Source: an uncultured Methanoregulaceae archaeon (GTDB taxonomy: Archaea; Halobacteriota; Methanomicrobia; Methanomicrobiales; Methanospirillaceae). Taken from it: 64,000 bases of DNA. The position numbers and the translations under genes are program-made. Shown here in pieces: positions 40,792 to 52,012 of the stretch (position 1 is its first letter; each line of letters opens with the position of its first letter). Below the pieces are notes generated by a model, which made no database searches, was not told the DNA's origin, and saw nothing but the letters and a program-made list of their open reading frames with translations. Location of the stretch: positions 1,184,001-1,248,000 of the forward strand of contig OY970343.1 in the NCBI GenBank assembly GCA_963717525.1. The letters are read 5' to 3'.

Positions 40792-42036
40792 GTGTATTCA
40801 CCGGATACTACCAAGTACCTTATTCACATCAGCCTCAGCGCAGAGGGGGTGGTCGAGAAACCTGACGTAGTCGGTGCCATATTCGGGCAGACTGAAGGGT
40901 TACTCGGCGAAGACCTTGACCTGCGGGATCTCCAGAGGACCGGACGTGTCGGCAGGATCGACGTCCAGATAGCAAGCAAGAAAGGTGAGACTACAGGAGA
41001 GATCCTGATATCCACCTCGCTTGACCGTGCGGAGACGGCGATCCTCGCTGCATCACTTGAGACTATCGATCGCGTGGGCCCCTGTGTCGCGCACGTCTCA
41101 GTGAAGATGATCGAGGACATCAGGGTCAGCAAGCGAAAGAAGATTGTCGAACGTGCAAAGGAGATCCTGATCGAACGTTTCGATGACGGGACGATCGACA
41201 GCGACGAGCTGCTTGACGATGTCCGCCAGACGCTGCGGATCGAGAAGGTCGGGACAATCGGCGACGAGAAACTACCGGCCGGCCCCAATGTCCTTGAATC
41301 GGATGCCATCATCATTGTTGAGGGCAGGGCGGACGTGATCAACCTTCTCCGGTACGGCATCAAGAACGCCGTGGCCGTGGAAGGGACCAACATCCCCAGA
41401 TCGGTCATCGACCTCACCGAGAAGAAGACCACGACCGCGTTCTTCGATGGCGACCGGGGTGGCGAATTGATCCTCCGGGAGCTGCTTCAGGTGGCAGATA
41501 TTGATTACGTTGCATTTTCTCCCCGGGGAAAGAGCGTCGAGGATATGACCAAGAAAGAGGTCATAAAAACGCTCCGGAACAAGGTGCCGGTCGAATATGT
41601 CCGCGACCAGTATTTTGAAGATGCAGCAGAACTGCCGGCAGATCTCGGTCGGCAGGGCCGTCCGGTCCCTGCAGCCGAGGAAGGAAATCGCAGCGATGCA
41701 GCCGGAAGATTAGGTGCGGGACAGAAACGATCCAGGGAGAGCCCGCCGAAGGTCCCGGTAACGATCCGCGATCATATGGAGGATGTGAGAGGCAGGAATG
41801 TTGCCCGGTTCCTGAACGAGGACATGGGGGTCATCCGGGAGATCCGTTCGGAAGAGATTGAAAAGGCGGTAGAGACGCTCGATGAGCCCGCCGCCGGCGT
41901 CGTGGTCGATCGCACGGTCGACCAGAAGCTGCTCGACCGGCTGGTCTGGAAAGGGCTCGAATATGTCGCGGCAAAAGATTTCAAGGGTATTATAAAAAGG
42001 CCGCTAAACATCAGGTTAATGAAAATGAGCTCGTAA
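40792..42036 (+). CDS. dnaG: archaeal DnaG (primase-like, exosome-associated)
   Basis: GTG start after [40 protein letters not shown] and FFDGDRGG. Confidence 0.95.
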   Translation: MYSPDTTKYLIHISLSAEGVVEKPDVVGAIFGQTEGLLGEDLDLRDLQRTGRVGRIDVQIASKKGETTGEILISTSLDRAETAILAASLETIDRVGPCVAHVSVKMIEDIRVSKRKKIVERAKEILIERFDDGTIDSDELLDDVRQTLRIEKVGTIGDEKLPAGPNVLESDAIIIVEGRADVINLLRYGIKNAVAVEGTNIPRSVIDLTEKKTTTAFFDGDRGGELILRELLQVADIDYVAFSPRGKSVEDMTKKEVIKTLRNKVPVEYVRDQYFEDAAELPADLGRQGRPVPAAEEGNRSDAAGRLGAGQKRSRESPPKVPVTIRDHMEDVRGRNVARFLNEDMGVIREIRSEEIEKAVETLDEPAAGVVVDRTVDQKLLDRLVWKGLEYVAAKDFKGIIKRPLNIRLMKMSS

Positions 42037-42099
42037 AAGCGGGCTCGCACAAATTTATTTATGCAAGTTATGCACCATGTAACACTTTGGTGTGGTACT

Positions 42100-42381
42100 T
42101 TGCACAAGGAAGAACTCATCAGCCTTCACAAGATCCTCTACGAGGTCAAGGACTATTTTGAAGAAGTCAACCCTGACCTGAAGTTTACCCAGTACAGCGC
42201 CTTAAAAATTACCCCGTCCCAGATGCATAAGAGCAAGCTTGAGCATAAATACGCCATTTTCGTGCTTGGCAACGAGATCGCAAACGCGATGAAAGATGTG
42301 GACTATACGTCATCGTCCCGGATCTCCGCACGTATGAAGGACCTTGCGGAAAAGACCCTCAAGGAAATGGAATACGCCTGA
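42100..42381 (+). CDS. UPF0058 family protein
   Basis: MHKEELI.LH...HKSK.EHKYAIF.LG (TTG start). Confidence 0.88.
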   Translation: MHKEELISLHKILYEVKDYFEEVNPDLKFTQYSALKITPSQMHKSKLEHKYAIFVLGNEIANAMKDVDYTSSSRISARMKDLAEKTLKEMEYA

Positions 42382-42540
42382 TTTTTCAAGTATCCGTTTC
42401 TCCCGTGGATGGCCGGTAATGGAGGCAATGCGGCGAGGCGGCGCCTTGTACCATACTGCACGGGTAACCCGCTGAAGGTTATACACACCTGTCCTCTGCT
42501 GGAGCATAACGCTAAATCCGATCAGGTGGATCAATCCACT

Positions 42541-43476
42541 ATGCGATACTTCCCTGATCCGGACAGGAATCTCGACCTTGGTGATGTCAACCGGGTTGTC
42601 GAAGCAGCGTTTGCCGATCATGGGAAGGGGCTCGTGCAGATGCCCCCCAAGGTCTATATCACCCTCCCCGCCGGTGATTTCCGGACTATGCCCGGGTTCC
42701 TTCCCTCCCTTGGAATCGCCGGGGTTAAGATAGTGAACGTCCACCCGGATAACCCGAAGGTGGGGCTTCCGACGGTTATGGCGCTCACGATCATTCTCGA
42801 TACGGCAACCGGGAGGCCAACGGCGATCCTGAACGCGACCCGGCTCACGGACATGCGGACCGGGGCGGCAGGAGCAATTGCTGCAAAATACCTCGCACCA
42901 AAAAAAGAGTGCGTTCTCGGCGTCATCGGTACCGGCCGGCAGGCAGAGGCGCAGGTCCATGCTACCGCTCAGGAACTGCCCCTTTCCGGTGTCAGGGTCT
43001 GGAGCCGTAACCCGGCTCACGCTGAAGGATTTGCCGCACGGCTTGCCCCCCTTTCTGCAGAAAGCGTCTCTATCGAAAAAGCCTGCGATTCCGATATCCT
43101 CGTCACCACGACCCCGTCCCGTGTCCCGATCGTCAGGAGCGAATGGATACACCCGGGCACGCATATCAATGCCATTGGTGCCGATGCACCCGGAAAAGAG
43201 GAACTCGACCCGGAGATCCTGCACCGGGCCCGCGTCTTCGTGGACGATCCGGCACAGGCATTCCACTCGGGAGAGATTAACGTACCCATCAGCAGAGGGC
43301 TCTACCAGCCGTGGATGATTTCGGGTACGCTGGGAGAGGTTGTGATTGGTAAACGGAAACGTGAGAGCAAGGATGAGATCACGGTTTTTGATTCCACCGG
43401 GCTTGCTATTCAGGATCTCGCAATCGCATCGATCGCGATGCGCCAGGCATCCGGCATGGAACTGCCGTTTTTATGA
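42541..43476 (+). CDS. ala: alanine dehydrogenase, archaeal ornithine cyclodeaminase/mu-crystallin family
   Basis: GDFRTMP, GVKIVNVHPDN, TDMRTGAAG, GADAPGKEE and FDSTGLAIQD. Confidence 0.85.
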   Translation: MRYFPDPDRNLDLGDVNRVVEAAFADHGKGLVQMPPKVYITLPAGDFRTMPGFLPSLGIAGVKIVNVHPDNPKVGLPTVMALTIILDTATGRPTAILNATRLTDMRTGAAGAIAAKYLAPKKECVLGVIGTGRQAEAQVHATAQELPLSGVRVWSRNPAHAEGFAARLAPLSAESVSIEKACDSDILVTTTPSRVPIVRSEWIHPGTHINAIGADAPGKEELDPEILHRARVFVDDPAQAFHSGEINVPISRGLYQPWMISGTLGEVVIGKRKRESKDEITVFDSTGLAIQDLAIASIAMRQASGMELPFL

Positions 43477-43612
43477 AGGTCACACATTTTATCTGGATCA
43501 CGCCCACGCGGATCCCCGCGACACCTGAGGGCAATCGGCCGTTTGGACTCGCATTGTCCAGGAAGGGCCCCCTCCCCCTTTTAACAGACCATCCATCGTG
43601 AGCTTACCGGTT

Positions 43613-43669
43613 TTAGTTGGATGTACATCCAACAGTCACATGTACATCAAACTGTCGGATGTACACGTG
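43613..43669. repeat. three 19-bp tandem repeats with palindromic ATGTACA(T) core
   Basis: ATGTACA at 43621, 43640 and 43659; perfect palindrome GTTGGATGTACATCCAAC at 43616-43633. Confidence 0.75.
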
Positions 43670-43810
43670 ACAATTCATTTTCGCAGCTGCAGACCTCATG
43701 CCGGGTCACCAGATTAAAAAGTGCGCCGGGTTTTGGATACTTTGACCGATGCAACTCCCGCGGCATGCCACAAAGCCGGTCGAACCAATCAAACGCTCGA
43801 AATAAAAAAA

Positions 43811-45274
43811 TTACTTCTGCTCTTTTGCGAATTTTTTCCAGACCTGCTCGCGGTAAACCGGGCCGCTGTTGTAGGTACAGAAGGGAATCAGTTTGCCATC
43901 CGGCGTTGCGTAATGGATACAGCACCGCTGGACACGTTCGATATCGTAATTATACTTGTCCATGAAATGCATCGTCCCGATGAAGAGCGCATTCCAGTGG
44001 AACTCCCTCAATGCATCGAAGTTCTGGCCGATCAGCGTCTTTCCGATCAGTTTCCAGAACTCCGCGGTGCTCCCCTTCTCGCCTTTCTTGAACGAGGCAT
44101 GGAGCTCCTTAACACCTTCGAGCAGGGTGGCATACTTGTTGATGGTACCACCTTTCTTAAGCTTGTTTGCCATCTGCTCAATCGCCGCAAAGAGGCTCTC
44201 CACGTCGACCATCCGGGTCACCGGCACCATGCCGTCCTTGGTGACAAACACATAGGTGGCCGCACCACAGTGCTCGTGAGCAGTGAAGCGAACCTGGGGA
44301 CGACCGGTGTAGGCCTCCACCAGATCGGAAAACGGCAGCACGCAGGGTACCGGGTAAAAGTCGCTCTTTTTTAATATTCCATCGGTCTGCGTTTCGATGT
44401 CACCGATAAGCTCGGGGATCGTGATCCGTTCCTTCTCAACATCCTCGTCCTTTGCCGCACCGGTAAATGCCACCGGCTGGAAGTTCACGCCCCGCACAAT
44501 CGAGATATGGTCAGCAGCAAATTTCAGGATCTCCCCGACTTCGTTGTCGTTTCTTCCCTTGATGATGGTTGGCACGAGCACCACGCCGAGACCGACCTTA
44601 TTCAGGTTTTCCAGCGCTTTTAAGTGGATCTTTAAAAACGGGTTGGTCGCAGGTGAGATACCGTCAAAATGCAGATACACCGTAGAAAGACCGACATCCT
44701 TGAGCTGCTGGGCAAGGGCAGGGTTATTGGCCAGTTTCACACCGTTTGTAGCGATCTGGACCTGCGGGAATCCCAGCTCTTTTGCTTTTTTGACGATCTC
44801 GACAAGATCGTCCCTCATGGTCGGTTCCCCACCGGAGAACTGCACGGCAGGAGCGGGCACCGGCTTCTCGTTCCGGAGCACCTGCATCATCTTGACGATC
44901 TCGTCAAAACTCGGTTCGTACACAAACCCGCAGGCACGGGCGTTGGCAAAGCAGAAGTCACAGTCGAGGTTGCACCGGTTGGTCAGGTCAATATTTGCAA
45001 GGAGCGTTCCTGAATGGTGGTTGCTGCAGAGGCCGCAGGCGGTCGGGCAGGTATCAGAAGTTACGGGATTCTGGGGATTGGTGACGCCACGACCGATTGC
45101 ATCATATCGTGCGAACCGGTGGTACATCTCCGCATCAGACCAGTACAGGTGCCGGAACTTCCCGTGCTCGGGGCAGGTCCGCACAAGCCAGATCTTCCCC
45201 TCTTCTTCTATGATCTCCGCTTCCAGAACTGATCCACAGACTGGGCAAAGGCTGCGTGTTTTTTTGATTGCCAT
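43811..45274 (-). CDS. tes: tetraether lipid synthase (Tes / GDGT-MAS, MJ0619-type radical SAM)
   Basis: N-terminal CPVC...CPEHG, CPTACGLC..H, radical SAM CNLDCDFCFA, HEHCG and RCCIHY...IPFCTYN. Confidence 0.88.
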   Translation of the reverse strand: MAIKKTRSLCPVCGSVLEAEIIEEEGKIWLVRTCPEHGKFRHLYWSDAEMYHRFARYDAIGRGVTNPQNPVTSDTCPTACGLCSNHHSGTLLANIDLTNRCNLDCDFCFANARACGFVYEPSFDEIVKMMQVLRNEKPVPAPAVQFSGGEPTMRDDLVEIVKKAKELGFPQVQIATNGVKLANNPALAQQLKDVGLSTVYLHFDGISPATNPFLKIHLKALENLNKVGLGVVLVPTIIKGRNDNEVGEILKFAADHISIVRGVNFQPVAFTGAAKDEDVEKERITIPELIGDIETQTDGILKKSDFYPVPCVLPFSDLVEAYTGRPQVRFTAHEHCGAATYVFVTKDGMVPVTRMVDVESLFAAIEQMANKLKKGGTINKYATLLEGVKELHASFKKGEKGSTAEFWKLIGKTLIGQNFDALREFHWNALFIGTMHFMDKYNYDIERVQRCCIHYATPDGKLIPFCTYNSGPVYREQVWKKFAKEQK

Positions 45275-45400
45275 TTTTCCACCCGATGCACCAAGGACAC
45301 GACACTCTTTGGCTTTTAGAGTAACCTTAATCTTTTTATCTGCTCTTTATTAGAGGTATTGGAGTGCTACATTATTAGTGCTGAGTCATTCATAATACCA

Positions 45401-45934
45401 TTGCTCTCGACACTGCTCGCCGCATTCTGGATCATGGTCCCTGCCTATGTCCCTAACCCCGTCGCAGCACTCTGCGGCGGCGGTACACCTATTGATTTTC
45501 ACAAAAACTACGCTGACGGCCGCAGGATCTTTGGCGACGGAAAAACCTACCGGGGCCTCATGTGCGGGGTCCTGGCAGGTATTGCCGCCGGGGCACTGCA
45601 GATCTGGCTCGCCGGTGCATATGGCTGGACATTCCTCCCCCAGCATACCGCAGCCTCGATCATAATCCTCGCATTCGGGGCACTCCTTGGGGATATGGGA
45701 AAGAGTTTTATCAAGAGGCGCCTCGGGAAAGACCGGGGAGAATCGTGGCCGATTGCCGACCAGTATGACCTCGTTGCCGGTGCCTTTATCCTGATGCTGG
45801 TCTTTGACCCGGCCTGGCTCTTTGCAACCATCACGCTGCCAATCCTTATTGTCATCCTGATCCTGACGCCACTCCTCCACCGTGCTGTCAACATTATCGG
45901 GTTCCTGTGCGGGGTCAAGAAGGAGCCCTGGTGA
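45401..45934 (+). CDS. carS: CDP-archaeol synthase (start uncertain)
   Basis: PAYVPN, GGGTPID, GDGKT.RG, GD..KSFIKRRLG..RG..WP.ADQYD and KKEPW. Confidence 0.92.
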   Translation: MLSTLLAAFWIMVPAYVPNPVAALCGGGTPIDFHKNYADGRRIFGDGKTYRGLMCGVLAGIAAGALQIWLAGAYGWTFLPQHTAASIIILAFGALLGDMGKSFIKRRLGKDRGESWPIADQYDLVAGAFILMLVFDPAWLFATITLPILIVILILTPLLHRAVNIIGFLCGVKKEPW

Positions 45935-45940
45935 ATTCCC

Positions 45941-46444
45941 ATGAACGCAATAGCAGATCTCCTCATCAGGAACAAAGCCATCGAATTTGGTGACTTTACC
46001 CTTGCGTCCGGCGCAAAAAGCCGGTACTATGTCGATGTAAAGACCGCTGTCACGCATCCTGAATTTCTCGCGGCGATAGCACATGAGATAGCAGAACGGT
46101 ACGAGTTTGATGTCGTGGCCGGGGTTGCTGTCGGAGGGGTTCCTCTCGCAGTCGCTACGGCGCTCGCCGCAAAAAAACCCTTTGCCATCATCCGGGCCGA
46201 GGAGAAAGACCATGGCAAAAAGACCCCGATCATCGGGGACGTCGAAGGAAAGGAGGTCCTCCTTGTCGAGGATGTCACGACATCGGGAGGATCGGCATTA
46301 TATGGCATTACGATGTTGCGGGACGCGGGTGGCCGGGCAGACCGTGTCGTTACCGTGGTGGACCGGGAGCAGGGTGCTGAGGCAACGCTGAAAGCAAAGG
46401 CCATCGATCTCTTTGCGCTTGTCAGGGTCAGCGAAATTCTCTGA
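45941..46444 (+). CDS. pyrE: orotate phosphoribosyltransferase
   Basis: GDFTLASG..S.YYVD and LLVEDVTTSGGS PRPP loop. Confidence 0.95.
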   Translation: MNAIADLLIRNKAIEFGDFTLASGAKSRYYVDVKTAVTHPEFLAAIAHEIAERYEFDVVAGVAVGGVPLAVATALAAKKPFAIIRAEEKDHGKKTPIIGDVEGKEVLLVEDVTTSGGSALYGITMLRDAGGRADRVVTVVDREQGAEATLKAKAIDLFALVRVSEIL

Positions 46445-46500
46445 ATGGATTGTTCCGAAGCATAAACCATTTTTAACAAACAGAACCCATGTGATGGATA

Positions 46501-47787
46501 ATGAAGATCCTCGTTGTCGGTGGTGGAGGGCGGGAACATGCGATAACATCTGCACTCTCACGCACCAGCGAGAATGAGATCTACTCCGTAATGGCAAAGA
46601 AGAATCCCGGCATTGCCCGGATCGCAAAGCAGATCTGCCTTGCACCGGAGACGGATCTGGCCCGGATCGTGGCATTTGCAAAAAAAACCGGTGTCACTCA
46701 TGCTATTATCGGCCCCGAGGCGCCACTCGAAGCAGGTGTAGTCGACCGGCTCTCTGCAGCAGGTGTCGCTTGTGTCGGACCTACCAGGGCAGCGGCACGG
46801 ATCGAGACGGACAAGGCTTTCTGCCGGGATCTCATGACGCAGTACAAGATCAGCGGGAACCCGGCCTACAGGGTGTTCCACGACACGTCAGAAGCGATCA
46901 CGTTTGTCAAGGACCATAACGGCGATCTGGCCATCAAGCCTATCGGCCTCACCGGCGGAAAAGGAGTCCGGATCATGGGAGAGCAGGTGAATCTTTCCGG
47001 CGCCATTGATTACCTGAGGGAGATCAACGGCGGGGTTGTTCTCGAAGAACGGCTGAAAGGTGAAGAGTTCACCCTCCAGGCATTTGTCGATGGATTCCAT
47101 ATCGTACCCATGCCGCTTGTCCAGGATCATAAAAGGGCATTTGAAGGAGATACCGGGCCAAACACCGGGGGAATGGGGTCGTACTCGATGCCGGACCACA
47201 TGCTCCCCTTCGTAAGCGGGAAGGAGCATACCGCAGCCCTCTCCATCATGGCTTCGGTCGTCGCTGCGATGGCACACGAAGGGTATCCCTACAAGGGGAT
47301 CCTGTACGGCCAGTTCATGAATGCCGCCGGGGGACCGAAAGTGATAGAGTTCAATGCCCGGTTCGGGGATCCCGAGGCGATGAACGTGCTTACGCTTCTC
47401 TCGTCAGACCTTACCGATGCGGTTACCGGTATCACTGAGGGTACACTCTCGTCATCGAAAGTTGCCTTCGAGCATGCGGCAACAGTCTGCAAGTACCTCG
47501 TGCCCGAGGGATACCCGGCAACCCCGATGGCCGGCAGACCGCTTGTCACCGGTGAAAAGGGCGATGCAATCCTCTACTATGCAAACGTGGAGGAAAGGGA
47601 TGACGGGCTCTTTACCCTCACATCGCGAACACTCGCATTTGTGGGGAAGGCAGATACACTTGCCAAAGCAGAACATATTGCAGAACAGGCTGCATCGGCA
47701 GTACAGGGGAATGTCCACCACCGCAGCGACATCGGGACGCAGGCGCTGCTCGACCGGCGGATCGCCCACATGAAGGAGCTGCGATGA
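46501..47787 (+). CDS. purD: phosphoribosylamine--glycine ligase
   Basis: [33 protein letters not shown] and [10 protein letters not shown]. Confidence 0.97.
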   Translation: MKILVVGGGGREHAITSALSRTSENEIYSVMAKKNPGIARIAKQICLAPETDLARIVAFAKKTGVTHAIIGPEAPLEAGVVDRLSAAGVACVGPTRAAARIETDKAFCRDLMTQYKISGNPAYRVFHDTSEAITFVKDHNGDLAIKPIGLTGGKGVRIMGEQVNLSGAIDYLREINGGVVLEERLKGEEFTLQAFVDGFHIVPMPLVQDHKRAFEGDTGPNTGGMGSYSMPDHMLPFVSGKEHTAALSIMASVVAAMAHEGYPYKGILYGQFMNAAGGPKVIEFNARFGDPEAMNVLTLLSSDLTDAVTGITEGTLSSSKVAFEHAATVCKYLVPEGYPATPMAGRPLVTGEKGDAILYYANVEERDDGLFTLTSRTLAFVGKADTLAKAEHIAEQAASAVQGNVHHRSDIGTQALLDRRIAHMKELR

Positions 47788-48695
47788 AGAAAGATTTCCT
47801 CTCAATTCTGGATATCACCAAAACAGAACTCGGTGAGATCCTTTCCGACGCTGAGCGTCTCAAGCGCCAGAAGAGGGCGGGAGTACCTCACGAACTGCTG
47901 CGGGGCACGTCCCTTGCCATGATCTTCGAGAAGTCCTCCACCCGGACGCATATCTCGTTTGAGGTGGGCATGCATGAGCTCGGCGGCCATGCGCTCTTTT
48001 TGAATGCAAAGGATCTCCAGATCGGGAGGGGGGAGGAGATCCGGGACACAGCACGAGTCGCGTCCCGCTACGTGTCCGCAGTGATGATCCGTGCCTACCA
48101 CCACAGTACGATCGAGGAACTGGCGGAACACGCCACAATACCGGTCATTAACGGCCTCTCCGACCGGGAGCACCCATGCCAGCTCCTCGCCGATATCCTG
48201 ACCATCCGGGAACATTTCGGCGATGTCAGGGATCTCGGCGTCGCATGGGTCGGAGACGGGAACAATGTCTGCACCTCCCTTATTCTCTCGTCTGCCCTCA
48301 CCGGCATGTCTGTCACCGTGGCAAGCCCGGACGGCTATGGGGTGTCACCGGAGATCCTTTCACGTGCACGAAAACTTGGCGGGAAAGTGAAGACCGCTCC
48401 CTCACCGACAGAGGCTGTAAAGGATGCACACGTAATCGCCACTGACACATGGGTCTCGATGGGTGACGAAAAAGAGCGGGAGAAACGGCTTGCTGCGTTC
48501 CACGGGTTCACGGTAAACGACGATCTGCTCCGGCATGCAGCCCCGGATGCCCGGGTGCTTCACTGCCTGCCCGCCCACCGGGGCGAGGAGATTACCGGCG
48601 ATGTTCTCGATGGTCCCCAGAGCCTCGTGTGGGACGAAGCGGAGAACCGGCTCCATGCCCAGAAAGCGCTGCTGGTAAAACTCCTCAAAAAATAA
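47784..48695 (+). CDS. argF: ornithine carbamoyltransferase
   Basis: [17 protein letters not shown] and HCLPA. Confidence 0.97.
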   Translation: MKKDFLSILDITKTELGEILSDAERLKRQKRAGVPHELLRGTSLAMIFEKSSTRTHISFEVGMHELGGHALFLNAKDLQIGRGEEIRDTARVASRYVSAVMIRAYHHSTIEELAEHATIPVINGLSDREHPCQLLADILTIREHFGDVRDLGVAWVGDGNNVCTSLILSSALTGMSVTVASPDGYGVSPEILSRARKLGGKVKTAPSPTEAVKDAHVIATDTWVSMGDEKEREKRLAAFHGFTVNDDLLRHAAPDARVLHCLPAHRGEEITGDVLDGPQSLVWDEAENRLHAQKALLVKLLKK

Positions 48696-48732
48696 CGATC
48701 ACAGGTGCCGCAGCATCACGGTTGACCGAAGA

Positions 48733-49008
48733 TTACTCCCCGATAAACTTGCGGACCTCATCGATCATATATTTCTGGACCTGTTCTGCAACATCGCGCC
48801 GGGCACGGAACGCAAGGAGTTCCCGCTCGTCCCCATCCATGTTGGCAAAATTGAGTATCTGTTTGCGCTCCACGACCTCGACATCAAATTTTTTTGCGAT
48901 ATCCAGAATAATGGAGCGGGGTACCCCGGGGGGAATCAGGACATCAAAGAGTTCTTCTTCGGGGATTGTGCTTTTCTGGTTCTGATCGGTTTCTGGCTGG
49001 TCTGACAT
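48733..49008 (-). CDS. conserved hypothetical protein downstream of marker 14
   Basis: 91-aa ORF co-oriented with marker 14, 13 nt downstream; LIPPGVPR motif. Confidence 0.75.
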   Translation of the reverse strand: MSDQPETDQNQKSTIPEEELFDVLIPPGVPRSIILDIAKKFDVEVVERKQILNFANMDGDERELLAFRARRDVAEQVQKYMIDEVRKFIGE

Positions 49009-49021
49009 AGTGGATCCACTC

Positions 49022-50521
49022 CTACTTACCTATTTTGATGCGCCTGCTCATAATACAGGGCCCGCCCCGTACCCCGCCGATGGGGTTTTTGGGTTTCCCA
49101 AGCGAGTTCATGCACCTTCCCATCAGGGAGGCACCACGGGCAAGGCCGTCATCCACGAAGACGAGATGATCGTTTGGCTCGTCAAAGAGGTTGCGCTCGG
49201 TGATCCCTTCCAAAATATATTCGGGTTTCCGTCCCGAGATTGCCGCCCGCCCGGTAAAACCGATCGATGCATTCCGCGGAACAAGGTGCTCTTTTACGGC
49301 AACATCGATAAGGCGGAGCGCCATCCTCGCACAGACACGATCGACCACTTCGTTGAGGACGGACAGGTTGTAGTTTTTGTGGATCTCGGCGCCGATCTCA
49401 AGGAGCTTATCGAGATCGCTGCTGTTCACCCCGCAGTCGCATCCGATCATGGCGATGTGTGACTCCTTCGCGAGCTTCGCGTTAACCGGCACCCGCCCGA
49501 ACCGGTTCCGGTCCGGCGGCACAATCCTGATATCGATGTGCTCATGGCACCGGTTGATGTAATCGTCTACGACCCTGCGGTTACCACCTGAGAAAAACCT
49601 CCCGCTCACGCTGTGCTCGCCGAAGATATCGAGGGCGGTGCCGGTCCGTTCCTGGACAAGGCCGGTTCCCCGGACAATCGCATCGGGAATCGCCCCGGCA
49701 AGGCCGCAGAAGTTCCCGATGGTCTTTGCAAACGGGTTGAGATCGTCAGCCTTGACATCACTGGTGATCCGCCCGTCAAGCGTCGTCCCGAAATCTACAG
49801 AGACACAGGGATTCCGGAAATCGACAGGCGTCCACTTTGCTCCTTCCTTGATCCCGGCCATCGCAAGTTCCCCCTCCATCTCATTTGCGACCATCTCGAC
49901 CCCGGTCGAACCCACAGGCGGGATCACCCCTGCAACAGCGCCGATAAAAACGACCTTGTCGGCAAAACTGAACGGCTGGAGTTTTTGCGACTGGTTGGCT
50001 TTTGTCATGGGTGGCGTCATCTTTCTCGGTGGGACCCCGGCGATCAGGCAGCCGTTTGCAAGCGCGATAACAAAATCCCCTATCTGATCCGGGGACTCCA
50101 TTTCGGCAACAACGCCTGTACTGCGGACAACAAAGTCGAGATCGGTCTGGATGTCAAGATGTGCCTCTTTGTGGCACTGGACAAGGGTATCCCTCACCAA
50201 TTCAGTGACGGCCTTGCGCGAGAGTTTTGTCCCGTCCAGCGTCTCGCCGAAGATCTCCTCGCCGGGCTTTGGCGGTCGTATATCCCGGCTCATGCTCACC
50301 GTCTTGTTGATGACATACGATTTGCCGGTTTCCAGGCTCACCCCGGTAAGGATGCACTTCGTGGTCGTGTTGCCCATCTCGACGGAGGCCACAATAAAAT
50401 AAGGTTTGTTCTTGTATTCCGGGATCTGCATTCCCGCACCGTGCGCGATCGAGGGGGGAGGAGGGCTTTCAACGATATGGGGCCGCGGTTTTACCCAGCG
50501 GCTGAAAAAACTGGCGCACAT
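49022..50521 (-). CDS. methanogenesis marker 14 protein
   Basis: VASVEMGNTTTKCIL, VANEMEGELA, DFGTTLDG and DDGLARGA..M.RCMNSLG...P.GG.RGG.C. Confidence 0.88.
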   Translation of the reverse strand: MCASFFSRWVKPRPHIVESPPPPSIAHGAGMQIPEYKNKPYFIVASVEMGNTTTKCILTGVSLETGKSYVINKTVSMSRDIRPPKPGEEIFGETLDGTKLSRKAVTELVRDTLVQCHKEAHLDIQTDLDFVVRSTGVVAEMESPDQIGDFVIALANGCLIAGVPPRKMTPPMTKANQSQKLQPFSFADKVVFIGAVAGVIPPVGSTGVEMVANEMEGELAMAGIKEGAKWTPVDFRNPCVSVDFGTTLDGRITSDVKADDLNPFAKTIGNFCGLAGAIPDAIVRGTGLVQERTGTALDIFGEHSVSGRFFSGGNRRVVDDYINRCHEHIDIRIVPPDRNRFGRVPVNAKLAKESHIAMIGCDCGVNSSDLDKLLEIGAEIHKNYNLSVLNEVVDRVCARMALRLIDVAVKEHLVPRNASIGFTGRAAISGRKPEYILEGITERNLFDEPNDHLVFVDDGLARGASLMGRCMNSLGKPKNPIGGVRGGPCIMSRRIKIGK

Positions 50522-50638
50522 ATTCTAACGATCTGGTTGTTACGGGATATAAGTTTCTTTTTTACGGTAGATAATTCTGGATACGCCGGGTCTCGCGACT
50601 GATAAAAAAAGAAGATGGGATGGCCTGATTAAGGGAGG

Positions 50639-51850
50639 TTACTTTCTGACGGCATGTTTCTTGTTCTTCTCGGTCATGGCATGGACAAGGCGTGCCTGTA
50701 TCCCGAAGTAATGGGAGACGCCGATTGCATGGCACTGGTCGATGGACGCGCTGTCAAAGGAGACAAGATCCCCGGAGTAGATCGCCTGAGGGGAGCTGCG
50801 TCCGAGGACCCGGACAGATCCCTTGTAGAGTTCGAGATCGACGCTGCCGTTAACCCGCTCCTGCGTCGTGTCAATAAATGCGTTGAGCGCAGCATACAAC
50901 GGTTCGTAGACAAGCCCCATATAGGCAAGTTCCGACCACTTGTCGTCCACCATCCGCTTGAACGCAAGTTCCTGCCGGGTGAGGACAAGACTTTCGAGAT
51001 CGCGGTGAGCGGTGAGGATGACCGTTGCGGCCGGGTGTTCATAGTTCTCCCGTGCCTTGAGGCCGAGGATACGGTCCTCAATCATGTCATTCCTGCCGAC
51101 ACCGTGTTTACCGGCAAGTATGTTAAGTTTCTGGATCAGTCCATAGCAGGAGAGTTTTTTGCCGTTTAAGGCCACCGGAACCCCGCGGGAGAACGTCAGG
51201 CTGATCTTCTCCGGTTTTGCCGGGGCCTTTTCGGGGGAGACTGTCCACAGGAAGATCTCCTCGGGCGGGTAATATGCCGGATCCTCGAGCCGGCCGCCTT
51301 CGATGCTCCGGCTCCAGCAGTTCTCGTCCATGCTCCATGGCTTATCTTTTTTGACCGGTACCGGGATACGATGCTCTTTTGCGTACCCGATCTCCCAGTC
51401 ACGGGTCAGGTTCTGTTCGCGGATCGGCGCAACGACGTCAAGGCCGGCTGCGCGGATAATAAAATCGAACCGGAGCTGATCATTGCCCTTTCCTGTACAG
51501 CCATGGGCAACAGCGGTTGCCTTCTCTTTCTTTGCGATCTTTACCACTTCTTCTGCGATCAGGGGCCGGGCGAGCGAGGTGCCCATCGGGTAACCCTCGT
51601 AGGATCCGTTTGCCTTGATCGCCGGAAGGATGTGCTCCTCAACAAACCTTTCCCGCACGTCTATCGTATAATGGCGATCGGCAAGTTTCCGGCCTTTTTT
51701 CGTGGCCTCCTCGATCTCCTCATCCCTCTGGCCGACATTGACTGCAACCGTGACCACGCGATTGTAGTCATACCGTTCCTTTAAGAGAGGAATACAGATG
51801 GAGGTATCAAGCCCCCCGGAATATGCGAGTATGACGGTACCTTTTCCCAT
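50639..51850 (-). CDS. argG: argininosuccinate synthase
   Basis: [23 protein letters not shown] and SMDENCW.RSIEGG. Confidence 0.97.
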   Translation of the reverse strand: MGKGTVILAYSGGLDTSICIPLLKERYDYNRVVTVAVNVGQRDEEIEEATKKGRKLADRHYTIDVRERFVEEHILPAIKANGSYEGYPMGTSLARPLIAEEVVKIAKKEKATAVAHGCTGKGNDQLRFDFIIRAAGLDVVAPIREQNLTRDWEIGYAKEHRIPVPVKKDKPWSMDENCWSRSIEGGRLEDPAYYPPEEIFLWTVSPEKAPAKPEKISLTFSRGVPVALNGKKLSCYGLIQKLNILAGKHGVGRNDMIEDRILGLKARENYEHPAATVILTAHRDLESLVLTRQELAFKRMVDDKWSELAYMGLVYEPLYAALNAFIDTTQERVNGSVDLELYKGSVRVLGRSSPQAIYSGDLVSFDSASIDQCHAIGVSHYFGIQARLVHAMTEKNKKHAVRK

Positions 51851-51973
51851 GATGGATACTCCCGTTGTCAGATCATCAGTTTGGACGTCTCACCATATAT
51901 TTGCAAAGGATATAAGTCGCACACGGAATCAATCCGTCATTCAAGGGGAAGAAAGCTAAGAACAAAAAGGGAT

Positions 51974-51997
51974 CGTTCAGGAAAGATTCCCTGAACG
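51974..51997 (-). terminator. hairpin terminator after the cupredoxin-like gene
   Basis: CGTTCAGG...CCTGAACG inverted repeat followed on the minus strand by CTTTTTGTT. Confidence 0.5.
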
Positions 51998-52012
51998 CAA
52001 ATATCGCTTGTT

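Noticed and set aside
43613..43669. CRISPR mini-array
   Set aside because: The units are 19 bp and contiguous, with no spacers.
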